DNA from: Escherichia phage vB_EcoM_WFbE185
DNA: 64,000 nucleotides
Reading direction: 5' to 3' (one strand)
Sequence record: MK373778.1
Numbering within the stretch: the first letter of the stretch is position 1; each line of letters begins with the position of its first letter. Positions 1-8,945 of this stretch are shown here, one piece after another. Under the pieces are notes generated by a model, which saw nothing but the letters and a program-made list of their open reading frames with translations, did not search any database and was not told the origin of the DNA. A program made the translations under genes and the position numbers.

Positions 1-2214
1 TTATTTGGCCGCTTCCACGGCCTTCATGAATTTAACGATTTGAGCGACCTGTTCTTTTGAAAGAGTACCACGTCGTCCCATGTATTCTGACACAATATGA
101 TAATTGGTTTCGAATTCAATAACCATTTTATCATCATTATCATAAGCATTATCTTTAAGCTTATCGAAAATTTTAGCACACAATTCTAACTTCTTATTCA
201 GGTCTGTATTAGTAGCACCTGCGAATCGATTCCATCCCCAACGATTATTTACTGTTGAGAGTTTTGCAAAGTCTTTACTGATTTCTTTGTTCTTAGAGCT
301 AAAATACTTACTAAGGAAGTTAAGCTCTTCATTACGAGTAATATGATTCAAATAAGGCTGTGCTCTACGACTTGGTGATACATACTCATCATAATCTACT
401 TTATCGATTAGCATAATATAGTCATTAATTGATTTTTCAAACAAACATTCTACTTCACCAAGTTTACGAACTTTCTTAGCAATCTGTGGACGGACTACAG
501 TGAACTCTTTAATACCTGACAAATCGGCAATACGGGTCAAGAAATTAGAGTCGTAGTTCAACCAACCTTTATCTGCGTCAAGACATTCAGCATTAGAACG
601 ATTACGAACTATAGCATAACCTTGGATTTCATCAGCTTCACTCGCTGGAATAAAGAGATCTTCCGATACCCAAACATCGTTTTCATTCTTAAAGAACCGA
701 TGAGCACTTGGGGATTTAGGACGAGGCCCATTAGAACGAGTCTTGACTTCAATCCATGGCTTAACGATTTGTAAAAGCTCTGAAGTCTTGTACATGTTAA
801 TGTTGTCGCCATCAAAGATAACTTTAAGGCGTTCCAGAAGTTTCATTGCATCTTCGTCTGTAGGGTCAACGAATAGTACGCTTTTACCAAAACCGCGTGG
901 AACTTTACCGGTTAATTTAACCTCGTCTTTAGACATTTCAATTGAATTAAGAGCTCGCATTAATGGAACGCGTCCCTTAACGTCGTCAATAACAATTTCA
1001 ACGTTTTTAATGTTAATGCCAATCAGACTGTTAATTGAAATAGTTGTCGATGAGCTACCACTTTCACGAATACGACGAAGACGAGGGGATTCAACGATAT
1101 CGTATACGACACCAAGATTACACCACTCAGGCCCCATTTTAAAACGTTTGTACAACTCAGAATAAGTTAGTTGTTCTTTAGAGTATTTCAGTGATTCAAT
1201 ATTAGACCCAGCCTTTTCCATGTATTTACGAGCGGTATAACCAAGAGAATCAATTTCACGGAACACATGACGCGGGTATTTACAATCAATCCATTTCTTA
1301 GAATCTTCAGCGAACAATTTAGCATCGATTTCTGCAACGCGTTTATGGATATTTGCTACTGTACGTTTATCAAATGACAATGCTTCACGAGACGGGGCTA
1401 CATCTAGTTCACCCATAGGGAATTTAATATAAGCTGTAGTGCATCGCGTCATCATCCATGTTTGTTCTTTAATAACACTTCCGATTGGATATACAATACC
1501 ACCATAAACAGCCATGATATTACCACGTTCACCCCATGGAGCTTCCTTGGCCAAATATACATCGTCAAATTCAGGAAAGTATTTAATATCTTTAACACCA
1601 CGAACTTCTGCAATATCACCTAGAGGACGCATAACATATGCAATTTCAGATGCGAACTTTTCAAAATCTTCTGGGTTAACAGGCACAACTACTTCAACGC
1701 CGGTCTGGTCATCAGGACCCATCTTATCTACAAAGGTCGGCTTAATTTGTGGACCCGTGTCATCTTGGTAGATTACGTAACCACGAACTTCACCGTTGTG
1801 ATAAGACGTAAGGTTAAACGTATCGGTATATGCTAGTGGAGCTTTAGAGCCGAGTCCGAATCCACCAATGAAATCGTTACTCGATGTTTTAGTTGAAGCA
1901 AAATATGAGTTATAGATTCCTGGCTCTTCGTCATTACCTCTAATGGTGAAATCGCTCATACCAGGACCAAAGTCTCGAACTACAAAACGTGGGTCCAAAC
2001 GACCTGGAGCCTGAACAATAAACTTATCGGTGCAACCATTAAGAATTTGTCCATCGATACAGTTTGTGATTAATTCACGTACACAAGCCAATTCTTTGTT
2101 TGTATAAAGGTCATTAGACAAAATCTTATAAACTTTGCTATTGCCTTGAATAGTGAATGCTGTGCTCTTACCGCCTGAACCAATAATCGTTTCTTTAGCC
2201 GTTTCAATAATCAT
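1..2214 (-). CDS. rIIA: rIIA protein (737 aa), GHKL/Bergerat-type ATPase-like N-terminal region
   Basis: Size and position match T4 rIIA (about 725 aa, next to gene 39 region); N-terminal motifs ELITNCIDG and DFGPGMS resemble ATPase N and G1 boxes. Confidence 0.8.
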   Translation of the reverse strand: MIIETAKETIIGSGGKSTAFTIQGNSKVYKILSNDLYTNKELACVRELITNCIDGQILNGCTDKFIVQAPGRLDPRFVVRDFGPGMSDFTIRGNDEEPGIYNSYFASTKTSSNDFIGGFGLGSKAPLAYTDTFNLTSYHNGEVRGYVIYQDDTGPQIKPTFVDKMGPDDQTGVEVVVPVNPEDFEKFASEIAYVMRPLGDIAEVRGVKDIKYFPEFDDVYLAKEAPWGERGNIMAVYGGIVYPIGSVIKEQTWMMTRCTTAYIKFPMGELDVAPSREALSFDKRTVANIHKRVAEIDAKLFAEDSKKWIDCKYPRHVFREIDSLGYTARKYMEKAGSNIESLKYSKEQLTYSELYKRFKMGPEWCNLGVVYDIVESPRLRRIRESGSSSTTISINSLIGINIKNVEIVIDDVKGRVPLMRALNSIEMSKDEVKLTGKVPRGFGKSVLFVDPTDEDAMKLLERLKVIFDGDNINMYKTSELLQIVKPWIEVKTRSNGPRPKSPSAHRFFKNENDVWVSEDLFIPASEADEIQGYAIVRNRSNAECLDADKGWLNYDSNFLTRIADLSGIKEFTVVRPQIAKKVRKLGEVECLFEKSINDYIMLIDKVDYDEYVSPSRRAQPYLNHITRNEELNFLSKYFSSKNKEISKDFAKLSTVNNRWGWNRFAGATNTDLNKKLELCAKIFDKLKDNAYDNDDKMVIEFETNYHIVSEYMGRRGTLSKEQVAQIVKFMKAVEAAK

Positions 2215-2226
2215 ATTTTTCTCTCA

Positions 2227-2427
2227 TCACAAGTTACGTTTAAAAATTTCTGCTACTTCAAGAAGTTCTTCTTTAGTAGCTGTATCGGTTTGTATTTTAT
2301 ATCGAATTTCTTTAAAGCGTTCTTTAAAGGACTCTGCTGATTCGATATCAAAAAATCTTTGGATAAGCCGGAATTCCCGGAGCACTGCTTTATCAAAAAG
2401 TTCCAAGTCCACGTTATATGTTCTCAT
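2227..2427 (-). CDS. small protein, positional counterpart of T4 rIIA.1
   Basis: 66-aa ORF immediately upstream of rIIA on same strand. Confidence 0.5.
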   Translation of the reverse strand: MRTYNVDLELFDKAVLREFRLIQRFFDIESAESFKERFKEIRYKIQTDTATKEELLEVAEIFKRNL

Positions 2428-2519
2428 AATATTCTCTTCAGTAGATTCCTAGGGCACTATTACTAAAGACCATATAATCTATCATCTTATGTGTAATAGT
2501 TCCTCAGGCGATTCAGGAT

Positions 2520-3620
2520 TTACGCTGTGAAGATTTTATCCCACATCGCAACAACTGCATCTCGGTTATACTTCTTCCATACGGCTTCAGCACGTTTAAC
2601 TCGAGCTTCGTATGTGTCAGTGAATTCTAATACAGCTTTTGTGTAAAGCGCAACTACTTCTTTCTTAGGAGTAGAGGAATCAATTTCTACACGCACAGTA
2701 TCTGGGTCGTATTCGAATGTCGCGTGCGGATAATCCTTAAAAACTAACTGAATCACAGGGACACCTTTAGAGATGGCTTCAATAGAACTATTCTCTACCG
2801 TACCCGTGTCAGGACACGTATTGATAAGTGCTTTAGCTGTTTTAAGACGTTCCATGATTTCACTGTGTGGAGCATCAATAATAACAGGATACTTAGCCGG
2901 TGGTGCCCATTTACTAGGACAGTATCCTGCACCATTTTCGCCTAGTGCTTTAATCGCTTCAAGAGCAACATCAGTACGACGCATTTTAGTGTCATAACGT
3001 TGTGCACTAATAATCAGATCAGTCGCCGGAAGAACTTCAGGTTTCTCATTCAAACAAATAACCGGATAATCTTCGGCTTCAAACAATGGATTTGCTCGCC
3101 AATAATCATAATCAATTTTGTCAGTAAGACCTGAAGTCATATAACAATATTTGCGTTCAAATTCACGGAAGGCTTTAGTAGGAGCATAACTCTTACCACC
3201 ATTCTTATGAATTTGAATAGTCTGGTCCCAAATTTGAACAATGCCACGAGATACCGGTTCAAATGGTGTTGCCATAAAATTCTTATGAACTTTAGAGAGA
3301 CCTGCGTCTTTAATTGCCTGAACGGTTAGTTTGGTCGGTTCCATTGTAACAACGAAATCGTACTCATTAATGCCGGCTAGTTCAACAATCTTACGAGCCA
3401 TAGTATAACTCATACCTAGACTGAATTTAGTCAGATGACCAACAGGATGATGATTAACCTTCCAGTCACCAAACGTGTCATTATCAAAGCCGATATAATC
3501 AATATCAGCACCGATGGACACAAGATATTTCAACACATTTAAATGTACTGCTTCAAGACCACCTTGTACACGTTCTGGGTTAAATGGGACTGCGCGAGAT
3601 GGGATAAACATAACTTTCAT
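2520..3620 (-). CDS. GT-B fold (GT4-like) glycosyltransferase, candidate DNA hmC sugar transferase
   Basis: 366 aa; N-terminal MKVMFIPS...GGLE and C-terminal GTVENSSIEAISKGVPVI resemble the GT4 E-x7-E donor-binding motif; occupies the slot where T4 has gene 60/mobA. Confidence 0.6.
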   Translation of the reverse strand: MKVMFIPSRAVPFNPERVQGGLEAVHLNVLKYLVSIGADIDYIGFDNDTFGDWKVNHHPVGHLTKFSLGMSYTMARKIVELAGINEYDFVVTMEPTKLTVQAIKDAGLSKVHKNFMATPFEPVSRGIVQIWDQTIQIHKNGGKSYAPTKAFREFERKYCYMTSGLTDKIDYDYWRANPLFEAEDYPVICLNEKPEVLPATDLIISAQRYDTKMRRTDVALEAIKALGENGAGYCPSKWAPPAKYPVIIDAPHSEIMERLKTAKALINTCPDTGTVENSSIEAISKGVPVIQLVFKDYPHATFEYDPDTVRVEIDSSTPKKEVVALYTKAVLEFTDTYEARVKRAEAVWKKYNRDAVVAMWDKIFTA

Positions 3621-3629
3621 AATTAAGCC

Positions 3630-3664
3630 TTATTAAAATTAAAATGAAGCTCCCGAAGGAGCTT
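3630..3664 (-). terminator. intrinsic terminator hairpin (AAGCUCC-UUCG-GGAGCUU) followed by U-rich tract, overlapping gene 39 stop
   Basis: Perfect 7-bp GC-rich stem with UUCG tetraloop on minus-strand RNA, then CAUUUUAAUUUU. Confidence 0.6.
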
Positions 3665-5480
3665 AGGACATCCATTCTTTACGAAGTTCTGAATCATCAC
3701 CCAACAACATTTCAAAGAGTTCTTTCCAATTTTCAGGAAGTTTAACTACGTCGTACACAGGGTTCTGAATCATTTCACGATACTCTGACTTTTCAAGGGA
3801 GCCTAATCCCTTGATGTATCGAATACTATGCTTAGGCAGTGTATCTTTAACTTCTTCATACTCAGCTACAGTATAAAACCATTTTTGAGTTTTGCCAATT
3901 TGTGCAATAATTACAGGTGTTTTAACAAAGCGAATACGTCCTTGTTCAAACAATTCGGGCCAATTACTAAAGAAAGCAAGCAAAGCAGGATAAATACTTC
4001 CAAGACCGTCGTGATCGGCATCGGTCATAATTGCAATATTACGATAGTTCGTATTCTCTGCCTTTTCACCAAGAATAAGACCTGTGATAGCACAGATATC
4101 AAAGAGTTCTTTGTTCTTCATCATATCAGCATATGACATACCCCAGCTATTCATCACCTTACCACGTAATGGGAATCCGCCGTGTAGTTCACGGTCACGA
4201 ACATCAATGAGATAACCAATTGCCGAATCACCTTCTGTTAAAAACAATGTCGTATCTGCATCTTTACCACATTGGTTAGCTTTAATATGCTTATGAACCT
4301 TAGCTTTAGTTGCCTTTTTAGCTGCTTTAGTTTCTGCAGCCTTTTCTGCTGCCAATTTACGAGCTAATGCTGCTTCAACAATAGGCATAATCAAGGCTTC
4401 GTTTTTAAGAAGTGCCTGAGCAATTTTCTTAGCATCTAATTGGATATGATTACGAATATCACCATACGTTGACGTTAAACGTTCTTTAGTCTGAGAATCA
4501 AAACGCATGTTGCTCATGTCTCTAATAAACATCAACATTGTGAGACATTCTTTAACACGAGCTTTAGTGACTTCAATACCCTTATATTTCTTTTTAATAC
4601 CGGGCAAAAGATGTTCGCAGATATCATCCATTACACATTCAACATGATGACCACCATTTTTAGTATGGATGTTATTCACATAAGTTAAATGACGGAAGCC
4701 ATCTGGTGATGTTGTGAATGCTATAGAGACTTTATCATTTTCTTGAATGATGTTATCTTCACCAAATTGTTTAGCAAATCGTTTAAAATTACCATCAACC
4801 TTTTTACCATTAAATGTGAACTTGATATCAGGATAAACGACTGCCAATGTTTGAAGTCTGTCTAAAGTAATATCTAAATAAATTTGAGATAAATTATGCT
4901 CTTCAAATGAAGAGAAATCAGGAGTGAAGATTACTTTAGTGCCTTTACCTTTAGATTTCTTAGAAGACCATGATTTGTTTTCCATTCCGTTTGAACAGTT
5001 AACAGTGATTTCGTTTTCGCCATCTGACGTGATGCCTGTAAACAACGTAGAGAAGATATTAGTTAAACTACTCCCGACGCCGTTCATACCACCAGTCTTG
5101 CGTTCAGAGTCATCACCAAAGTTACCACCGGCCTTTGGAATAGTCCAGGCTGCTACAGGTCCAGGAATTTGTTCACCTGTTTGGTCGGTAACTAAACCTT
5201 GAGGAATACCACGTCCGTTATCTTCCACAGAAACTTGATTATTTTTAATTTGCACATCAATTTTATTTGCAAACTTAAATGATGTACGAATAGCTTCATC
5301 AACCGAGTTGTCAATAATCTCATCGATTAATTTAACCAGACCAGGAACATATTCAACTTGTTGATATTTACCAAACAAAAAACGCTCGTGGGCTTCTTTA
5401 GCAGAAGAACCAATATACATACCACTACGTTTCTTAATATGTTCTACATCTGACAATACCTTAATTTCATTTTTAATCAT
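3663..5480 (-). CDS. 39: DNA topoisomerase II large subunit, unsplit (T4 gp39+gp60 equivalent), 605 aa
   Basis: GyrB-like signature KKRSGMYIGS and EDNGRGIP; continuous 605-aa ORF with no gene-60-type interruption. Confidence 0.9.
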   Translation of the reverse strand: MIKNEIKVLSDVEHIKKRSGMYIGSSAKEAHERFLFGKYQQVEYVPGLVKLIDEIIDNSVDEAIRTSFKFANKIDVQIKNNQVSVEDNGRGIPQGLVTDQTGEQIPGPVAAWTIPKAGGNFGDDSERKTGGMNGVGSSLTNIFSTLFTGITSDGENEITVNCSNGMENKSWSSKKSKGKGTKVIFTPDFSSFEEHNLSQIYLDITLDRLQTLAVVYPDIKFTFNGKKVDGNFKRFAKQFGEDNIIQENDKVSIAFTTSPDGFRHLTYVNNIHTKNGGHHVECVMDDICEHLLPGIKKKYKGIEVTKARVKECLTMLMFIRDMSNMRFDSQTKERLTSTYGDIRNHIQLDAKKIAQALLKNEALIMPIVEAALARKLAAEKAAETKAAKKATKAKVHKHIKANQCGKDADTTLFLTEGDSAIGYLIDVRDRELHGGFPLRGKVMNSWGMSYADMMKNKELFDICAITGLILGEKAENTNYRNIAIMTDADHDGLGSIYPALLAFFSNWPELFEQGRIRFVKTPVIIAQIGKTQKWFYTVAEYEEVKDTLPKHSIRYIKGLGSLEKSEYREMIQNPVYDVVKLPENWKELFEMLLGDDSELRKEWMS

Positions 5481-5502
5481 GTTGTCTCCTCGTTATGAAG
5501 GT

Positions 5503-5527
5503 ATTCTATCATCCGAAATCTAAAGCA
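5503..5527 (-). promoter_or_regulatory. MotA-dependent middle-promoter-like element for gene 39 (MotA box TGCTTTA, 12-bp spacer, -10 TAGAAT)
   Basis: Minus strand reads TTGCTTTA-N12-TAGAAT about 20 nt upstream of the gene 39 SD GAGGAG; same composite repeated upstream of gene 47. Confidence 0.5.
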
Positions 5528-5546
5528 AAAAGGGCCGAAGCCCTTA
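5524..5546 (-). terminator. intrinsic terminator (AAGGGC-UUCG-GCCCUU + UUUUUGCUUU)
   Basis: GC stem with UUCG loop and U5 tract directly after the stop of the 140-aa gene; the U tract overlaps the MotA box. Confidence 0.6.
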
Positions 5547-5966
5547 TTTAAATTTAATTTTCTGAAGTGCATCAATTGCAGCTAAACGCCCTTGTTCACT
5601 TTTAACTGTAATGACCACATCGCCTGATACGATCACCGAACCATCAACAAATTCTATAGAGCCTTTTTTGAAATCGACAGCTGTATCTGATTCAGGAACT
5701 TCTTCAAAGAATTTAAATTCTGCACCGTAAATTAGAATATCACCTTGCATACTAATGATTGTACGTCCAGGTCCATCGGTTTCAGCGGCAATCATTGAAA
5801 CACCATAACCAATCATCTCTTCTACAATAAAATCTCTTGATAATAAAACTGTATGCAGAGTAGTGTTAAGACGTTTACCAGTCGTATTAAGAATTCTCAA
5901 GAAATTATCTTCCTGTCCTTTGATAATACGATATTTCTTACCAACTTCAAAACCTTTAAAAGCCAT
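5544..5966 (-). CDS. hypothetical protein (140 aa)
   Basis: ORF with ATG start adjacent to upstream stop; function unknown. Confidence 0.5.
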   Translation of the reverse strand: MAFKGFEVGKKYRIIKGQEDNFLRILNTTGKRLNTTLHTVLLSRDFIVEEMIGYGVSMIAAETDGPGRTIISMQGDILIYGAEFKFFEEVPESDTAVDFKKGSIEFVDGSVIVSGDVVITVKSEQGRLAAIDALQKIKFK

Positions 5967-5968
5967 AA

Positions 5969-6148
5969 TTAACCCTTCTTAAGTAAGTCGTAAAAACCAC
6001 CGTTCACATGTTTAGGAGCAGAAACCCGACGAGTAGACAGACGATGACATTCAGGGCAAACATCGTTTTCTCGTTCAGAAATTCTTTTAATTTTTTCATA
6101 TTCATGACCACAATCTTCAGATTGACATTTATAGTCGTATAACGGCAT
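5969..6148 (-). CDS. FmdB-family zinc-ribbon small protein (59 aa), not in ORF track
   Basis: Translation [18 protein letters not shown]...CPECH has the two CxxC pairs typical of FmdB-type zinc ribbons; fills the gap exactly, TAATG overlap with upstream gene. Confidence 0.55.
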   Translation of the reverse strand: MPLYDYKCQSEDCGHEYEKIKRISERENDVCPECHRLSTRRVSAPKHVNGGFYDLLKKG

Positions 6149-6579
6149 TATTGTTCCTTAAAGTGAGCTTTCAACATTTGATACAAAGACCATGCCTGGT
6201 CATTATTTTCGATAGTAATCGTCATCACAGGAAATTCAGACAATTCGTCAAGTTCACCAGAATCTTGCTCTTCGGACGCTTGATATGGATTTCCAACTTC
6301 GTCAAAGAACTCTGCTTCATTCGTGGAGAGCCAGATAAAGTTTTCATCAAGGATATCACCGCCTGTTGCGTATCCAACCGTGCCAGTAGATGTCACAATT
6401 TTAGTAGGACGACCAAGATGGTCAACATCTAATACTTTAAATGGTTCCATGCCAAGACGTCGTGCATAAATCCCATTATCAGTGTGGTCTTTAATAAACT
6501 CTTCTTGGGCACGTTTATCTTTAAATTGGTACCATGAGTTAACGCTAAATTTATTAGCCATTAGTAAGTTTCCTTCCAA
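6148..6579 (-). CDS. hypothetical acidic protein (143 aa)
   Basis: ORF in operon context; no recognised motif. Confidence 0.5.
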   Translation of the reverse strand: MEGNLLMANKFSVNSWYQFKDKRAQEEFIKDHTDNGIYARRLGMEPFKVLDVDHLGRPTKIVTSTGTVGYATGGDILDENFIWLSTNEAEFFDEVGNPYQASEEQDSGELDELSEFPVMTITIENNDQAWSLYQMLKAHFKEQ

Positions 6580-6788
6580 TAAGTTGTACCATTTTCAGTG
6601 ATTTCACGGAAGATACCATAGATAGGCATTTCATCACCGAGTTTTTCGTAAACGTAAACCACTTCGGTGTAGCATAAAAATCCGGTCCAGTTTTTCTGTA
6701 CAACAACTAAATCAGGATTAAACAGAACATCTTCAAACTCATCGATGTTTGAATCAGTAGTTACGTTTTTAATGATTTGACGTTTCAT
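6561..6788 (-). CDS. hypothetical protein (start moved to Met16)
   Basis: ATG at 6788 preceded by GAGGAG SD; the longer track ORF would include the promoter. Confidence 0.45.
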   Translation of the reverse strand: MKRQIIKNVTTDSNIDEFEDVLFNPDLVVVQKNWTGFLCYTEVVYVYEKLGDEMPIYGIFREITENGTTYWKETY

Positions 6789-6814
6789 AATATTCTCCTC
6801 TTGTTTTGATAGGT

Positions 6815-7369
6815 CTATAGTATCATAGACCATAGTTGTTGTACATCATTTAGCAAAATAAAATCAACTTGTTCTGCCAATGAACGTCTGAACATTAATT
6901 GACAACTTCCGAGGATGAAATCAGGTGCTTCATAGACCGCGATGTAGTATCCTTTAGCTTTCAAAAGTTCAACATCCACCTGGTCATCAAACCATGCATA
7001 AACCGCGTCAACACTTTCAAATCCAAAATAGAACCCTTTAGCCCAATCTTCACTCAATTCAAATGTGTGCTCAATTCTATAGTATCTTAAGATATTTTGT
7101 TCAAGGAGTTTGTCTTCATTTACTGTAGGACGATTAGGGACATTATAGTTGTCGCCGTGATGGTAGAAGTTACCTGAGAGTATTCCATGCTTATCAAGGA
7201 ACTCCCATGTTTCTTCAGAGTTGTCGGTGCCCGACCAACCGTATGGCGAACGAGGTTCTTTATTCCAAGAGGTTTCCCAAATTCTGACGGCTTTACCGTC
7301 TTCGATAGCAATTCCTGGTAATGATTCACGTTGAGTACAAAAACTACGTTCTACGCGGTAAACTAACAT
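6815..7369 (-). CDS. hypothetical protein (184 aa)
   Basis: ORF with upstream promoter at 7396-7424. Confidence 0.5.
   Translation of the reverse strand: MLVYRVERSFCTQRESLPGIAIEDGKAVRIWETSWNKEPRSPYGWSGTDNSEETWEFLDKHGILSGNFYHHGDNYNVPNRPTVNEDKLLEQNILRYYRIEHTFELSEDWAKGFYFGFESVDAVYAWFDDQVDVELLKAKGYYIAVYEAPDFILGSCQLMFRRSLAEQVDFILLNDVQQLWSMIL
6817..6845 (-). promoter_or_regulatory. early-type sigma70 promoter (-35 TGTACA, -10 TACTAT with TGn)
   Basis: Member of a repeated intergenic consensus TGTTAtTATAGACCTATCAAC with GTTTAC/TGTACA 17-18 bp upstream. Confidence 0.5.
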
Positions 7370-7395
7370 ATTATTCTCCTCTGGTTGATATGGTT

Positions 7396-7424
7396 ATAAT
7401 ATCAAAACCAGAGGAGAAGTAAAC
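7396..7424 (-). promoter_or_regulatory. early-type promoter (-35 GTTTAC, 17 bp, -10 TATTAT)
   Basis: GTTTAC-N17-TATTAT on minus strand; flanking inverted repeat CTGGTT...AACCAG. Confidence 0.55.
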
Positions 7425-7428
7425 TACT

Positions 7429-7848
7429 TTATGCAAAAGATGCTTGGCTATATCCTTTGATTTGGAATTCAGGAACTACCATGAACTGTCCAGCGAAAAC
7501 GATGTTATAAAGCTTAACACCATCTTCTACCCAATGGTCGCTAATAAATCCGGCGATTTGCTTAGTTTTCCATGGTGTTCCATCAGTTGCCGCAGCAATA
7601 GTGAATTCATGGTCTTTTTCAACAGAAACTGATCTGCATAGTCCCCATTTGAACGCTTTTTCTTCTGGTTCAATGAATTGGCTTTTAACGTAGCCAATGT
7701 TACCATCGGCGTCACGAACTTTAACTTCGTTACGTCCAAAAACCGGATCACTCACAGAAAGAACTTCAACCAACTTCCCAGCAACTTTAGAGCGAGAAGC
7801 AACAGATACATATACGTAATCACCTGTAGAGAGATTTACAATATTCAT
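7429..7848 (-). CDS. paralog family protein A (139 aa)
   Basis: Shares RSK(V/A)AGKLVEV and D(H/Q)WVEDG.KLYNIVF.G.F.VV motifs with the next two genes. Confidence 0.5.
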   Translation of the reverse strand: MNIVNLSTGDYVYVSVASRSKVAGKLVEVLSVSDPVFGRNEVKVRDADGNIGYVKSQFIEPEEKAFKWGLCRSVSVEKDHEFTIAAATDGTPWKTKQIAGFISDHWVEDGVKLYNIVFAGQFMVVPEFQIKGYSQASFA

Positions 7849-7857
7849 AATAATTCC

Positions 7858-8322
7858 TTAAGCTTTACGAGGAGACACATAGCGAGTGATTTCAGATTCT
7901 TTAACAACTCGGAAGTCACCTAAGAATACGATATTGTATAACTTTTCACCATCTTCAACCCATTGGTCACTAATGAAGCCACACATAGTATCAGTTTTGC
8001 TTGGATAACCGTATTCATCGATGAAGTCAAATTCTTTATCAGTCTGGAATTCAACGCCTTTGCAAAGGGCCCATTTGAACTGTGTAGTAGGCTCAACTAT
8101 ATCGCTTGAAGCAAAGTGGGCACTTACACGAGTTTCCAAGAATTTAGGACTTACATAGGCGAACTGAGTTTCAGTTTTTCCAGAACTAGGAATGATTCGA
8201 ACTTTAACTTCTTTAATACGGCCCATGCCATTAGTACGAAGTCCTACTACTTCAACCAGCTTTCCTGCAGCTTTAGAACGAGACGCTGTCGATACACGTT
8301 TAATTTCACCAATATTAATCAT
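7858..8322 (-). CDS. paralog family protein B (start moved to Met22; alternative start 8385)
   Basis: Paralog of 7429-7848; the promoter-like element at 8354-8382 lies inside the longer ORF. Confidence 0.45.
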   Translation of the reverse strand: MINIGEIKRVSTASRSKAAGKLVEVVGLRTNGMGRIKEVKVRIIPSSGKTETQFAYVSPKFLETRVSAHFASSDIVEPTTQFKWALCKGVEFQTDKEFDFIDEYGYPSKTDTMCGFISDQWVEDGEKLYNIVFLGDFRVVKESEITRYVSPRKA

Positions 8323-8353
8323 ATTTTTTCTCTCTTTGTTTAAATTGAATTCA

Positions 8354-8382
8354 TTATACTCCATCCATCCTTGGATGTACAA
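8354..8382 (-). promoter_or_regulatory. promoter with palindromic spacer (TGTACA, CATCC-TT-GGATG, TATAAT)
   Basis: Variant of the repeated hairpin-promoter element seen at 8911, 51151 and 52171. Confidence 0.4.
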
Positions 8383-8384
8383 CA

Positions 8385-8879
8385 TTAATTTAGAATATTA
8401 ACTACTGCACTACGTGGAACAACGCTAAAATCACCGGCATGAACAACGTTCAGAAGTTCAACCCCATCTTCAATCCACTGATCAGTTACCCATCCACTCA
8501 CTGGACCTGCGAACGGACGACGAATTGAAACAGCTTTACACAACAAATCAGTAGGCTCAATAGGCTTAATCAGAGTACCGTACATACAAGCGATATCCAT
8601 ATCAGTACAGATGTCTTTAACGGGTTCTACTTCTTCAACCAACAGTTCAAAGTCGGTGCTTGGAAGGGCGGTAGTAGAAATTGTACCGTATGAATTTTTA
8701 ATTTCTAAGAATAACCAAGGGCCTTCAGCTTGTTTGATGAAGTTAATAATAGTGAAACTATTACCTTGAGTGGCACCTAAAATTTCACAAAACTTTTCAT
8801 AAGCTCGCACTGAAGCACCGTACCAGTTGATTTGTTTTTCGTCTTTCAGGATGTAAGTAGCCGTAGTATTGATATTCAT
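8385..8879 (-). CDS. paralog family protein C (164 aa)
   Basis: C-terminal WVTDQWIEDGVELLNVVHAGDFSVV matches the paralog motif. Confidence 0.5.
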   Translation of the reverse strand: MNINTTATYILKDEKQINWYGASVRAYEKFCEILGATQGNSFTIINFIKQAEGPWLFLEIKNSYGTISTTALPSTDFELLVEEVEPVKDICTDMDIACMYGTLIKPIEPTDLLCKAVSIRRPFAGPVSGWVTDQWIEDGVELLNVVHAGDFSVVPRSAVVNILN

Positions 8880-8910
8880 AATGTTTTTCCTGTTTGGTTA
8901 AGATAGAAAG

Positions 8911-8940
8911 ATTATACTCCAACCATCCTTGGTTGTAAAC
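8911..8940 (-). promoter_or_regulatory. early promoter (-35 GTTTAC, -10 TATAAT) with 6-bp stem hairpin CAACCA-AGGA-TGGTTG in the spacer
   Basis: A 46-bp element identical to the one at 51135-51180. Confidence 0.55.
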
Positions 8941-8945
8941 TGGTT

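Noticed and set aside
743-1165. Plus-strand ORFs lying entirely inside minus-strand genes (for example 743-1165, 12112-12591, 30651-30890, 33248-33841, 57450-57794)
   Set aside because: They are antisense to well-supported genes (rIIA, mod-like, polymerase, regA/62, others), lack SD sequences and have low-complexity translations; treated as non-coding
3663-5480. Looked for a T4 gene-60-type split and translational bypass in the topoisomerase gene
   Set aside because: Gene 39 is one continuous 605-aa ORF; no internal stop or hop site present
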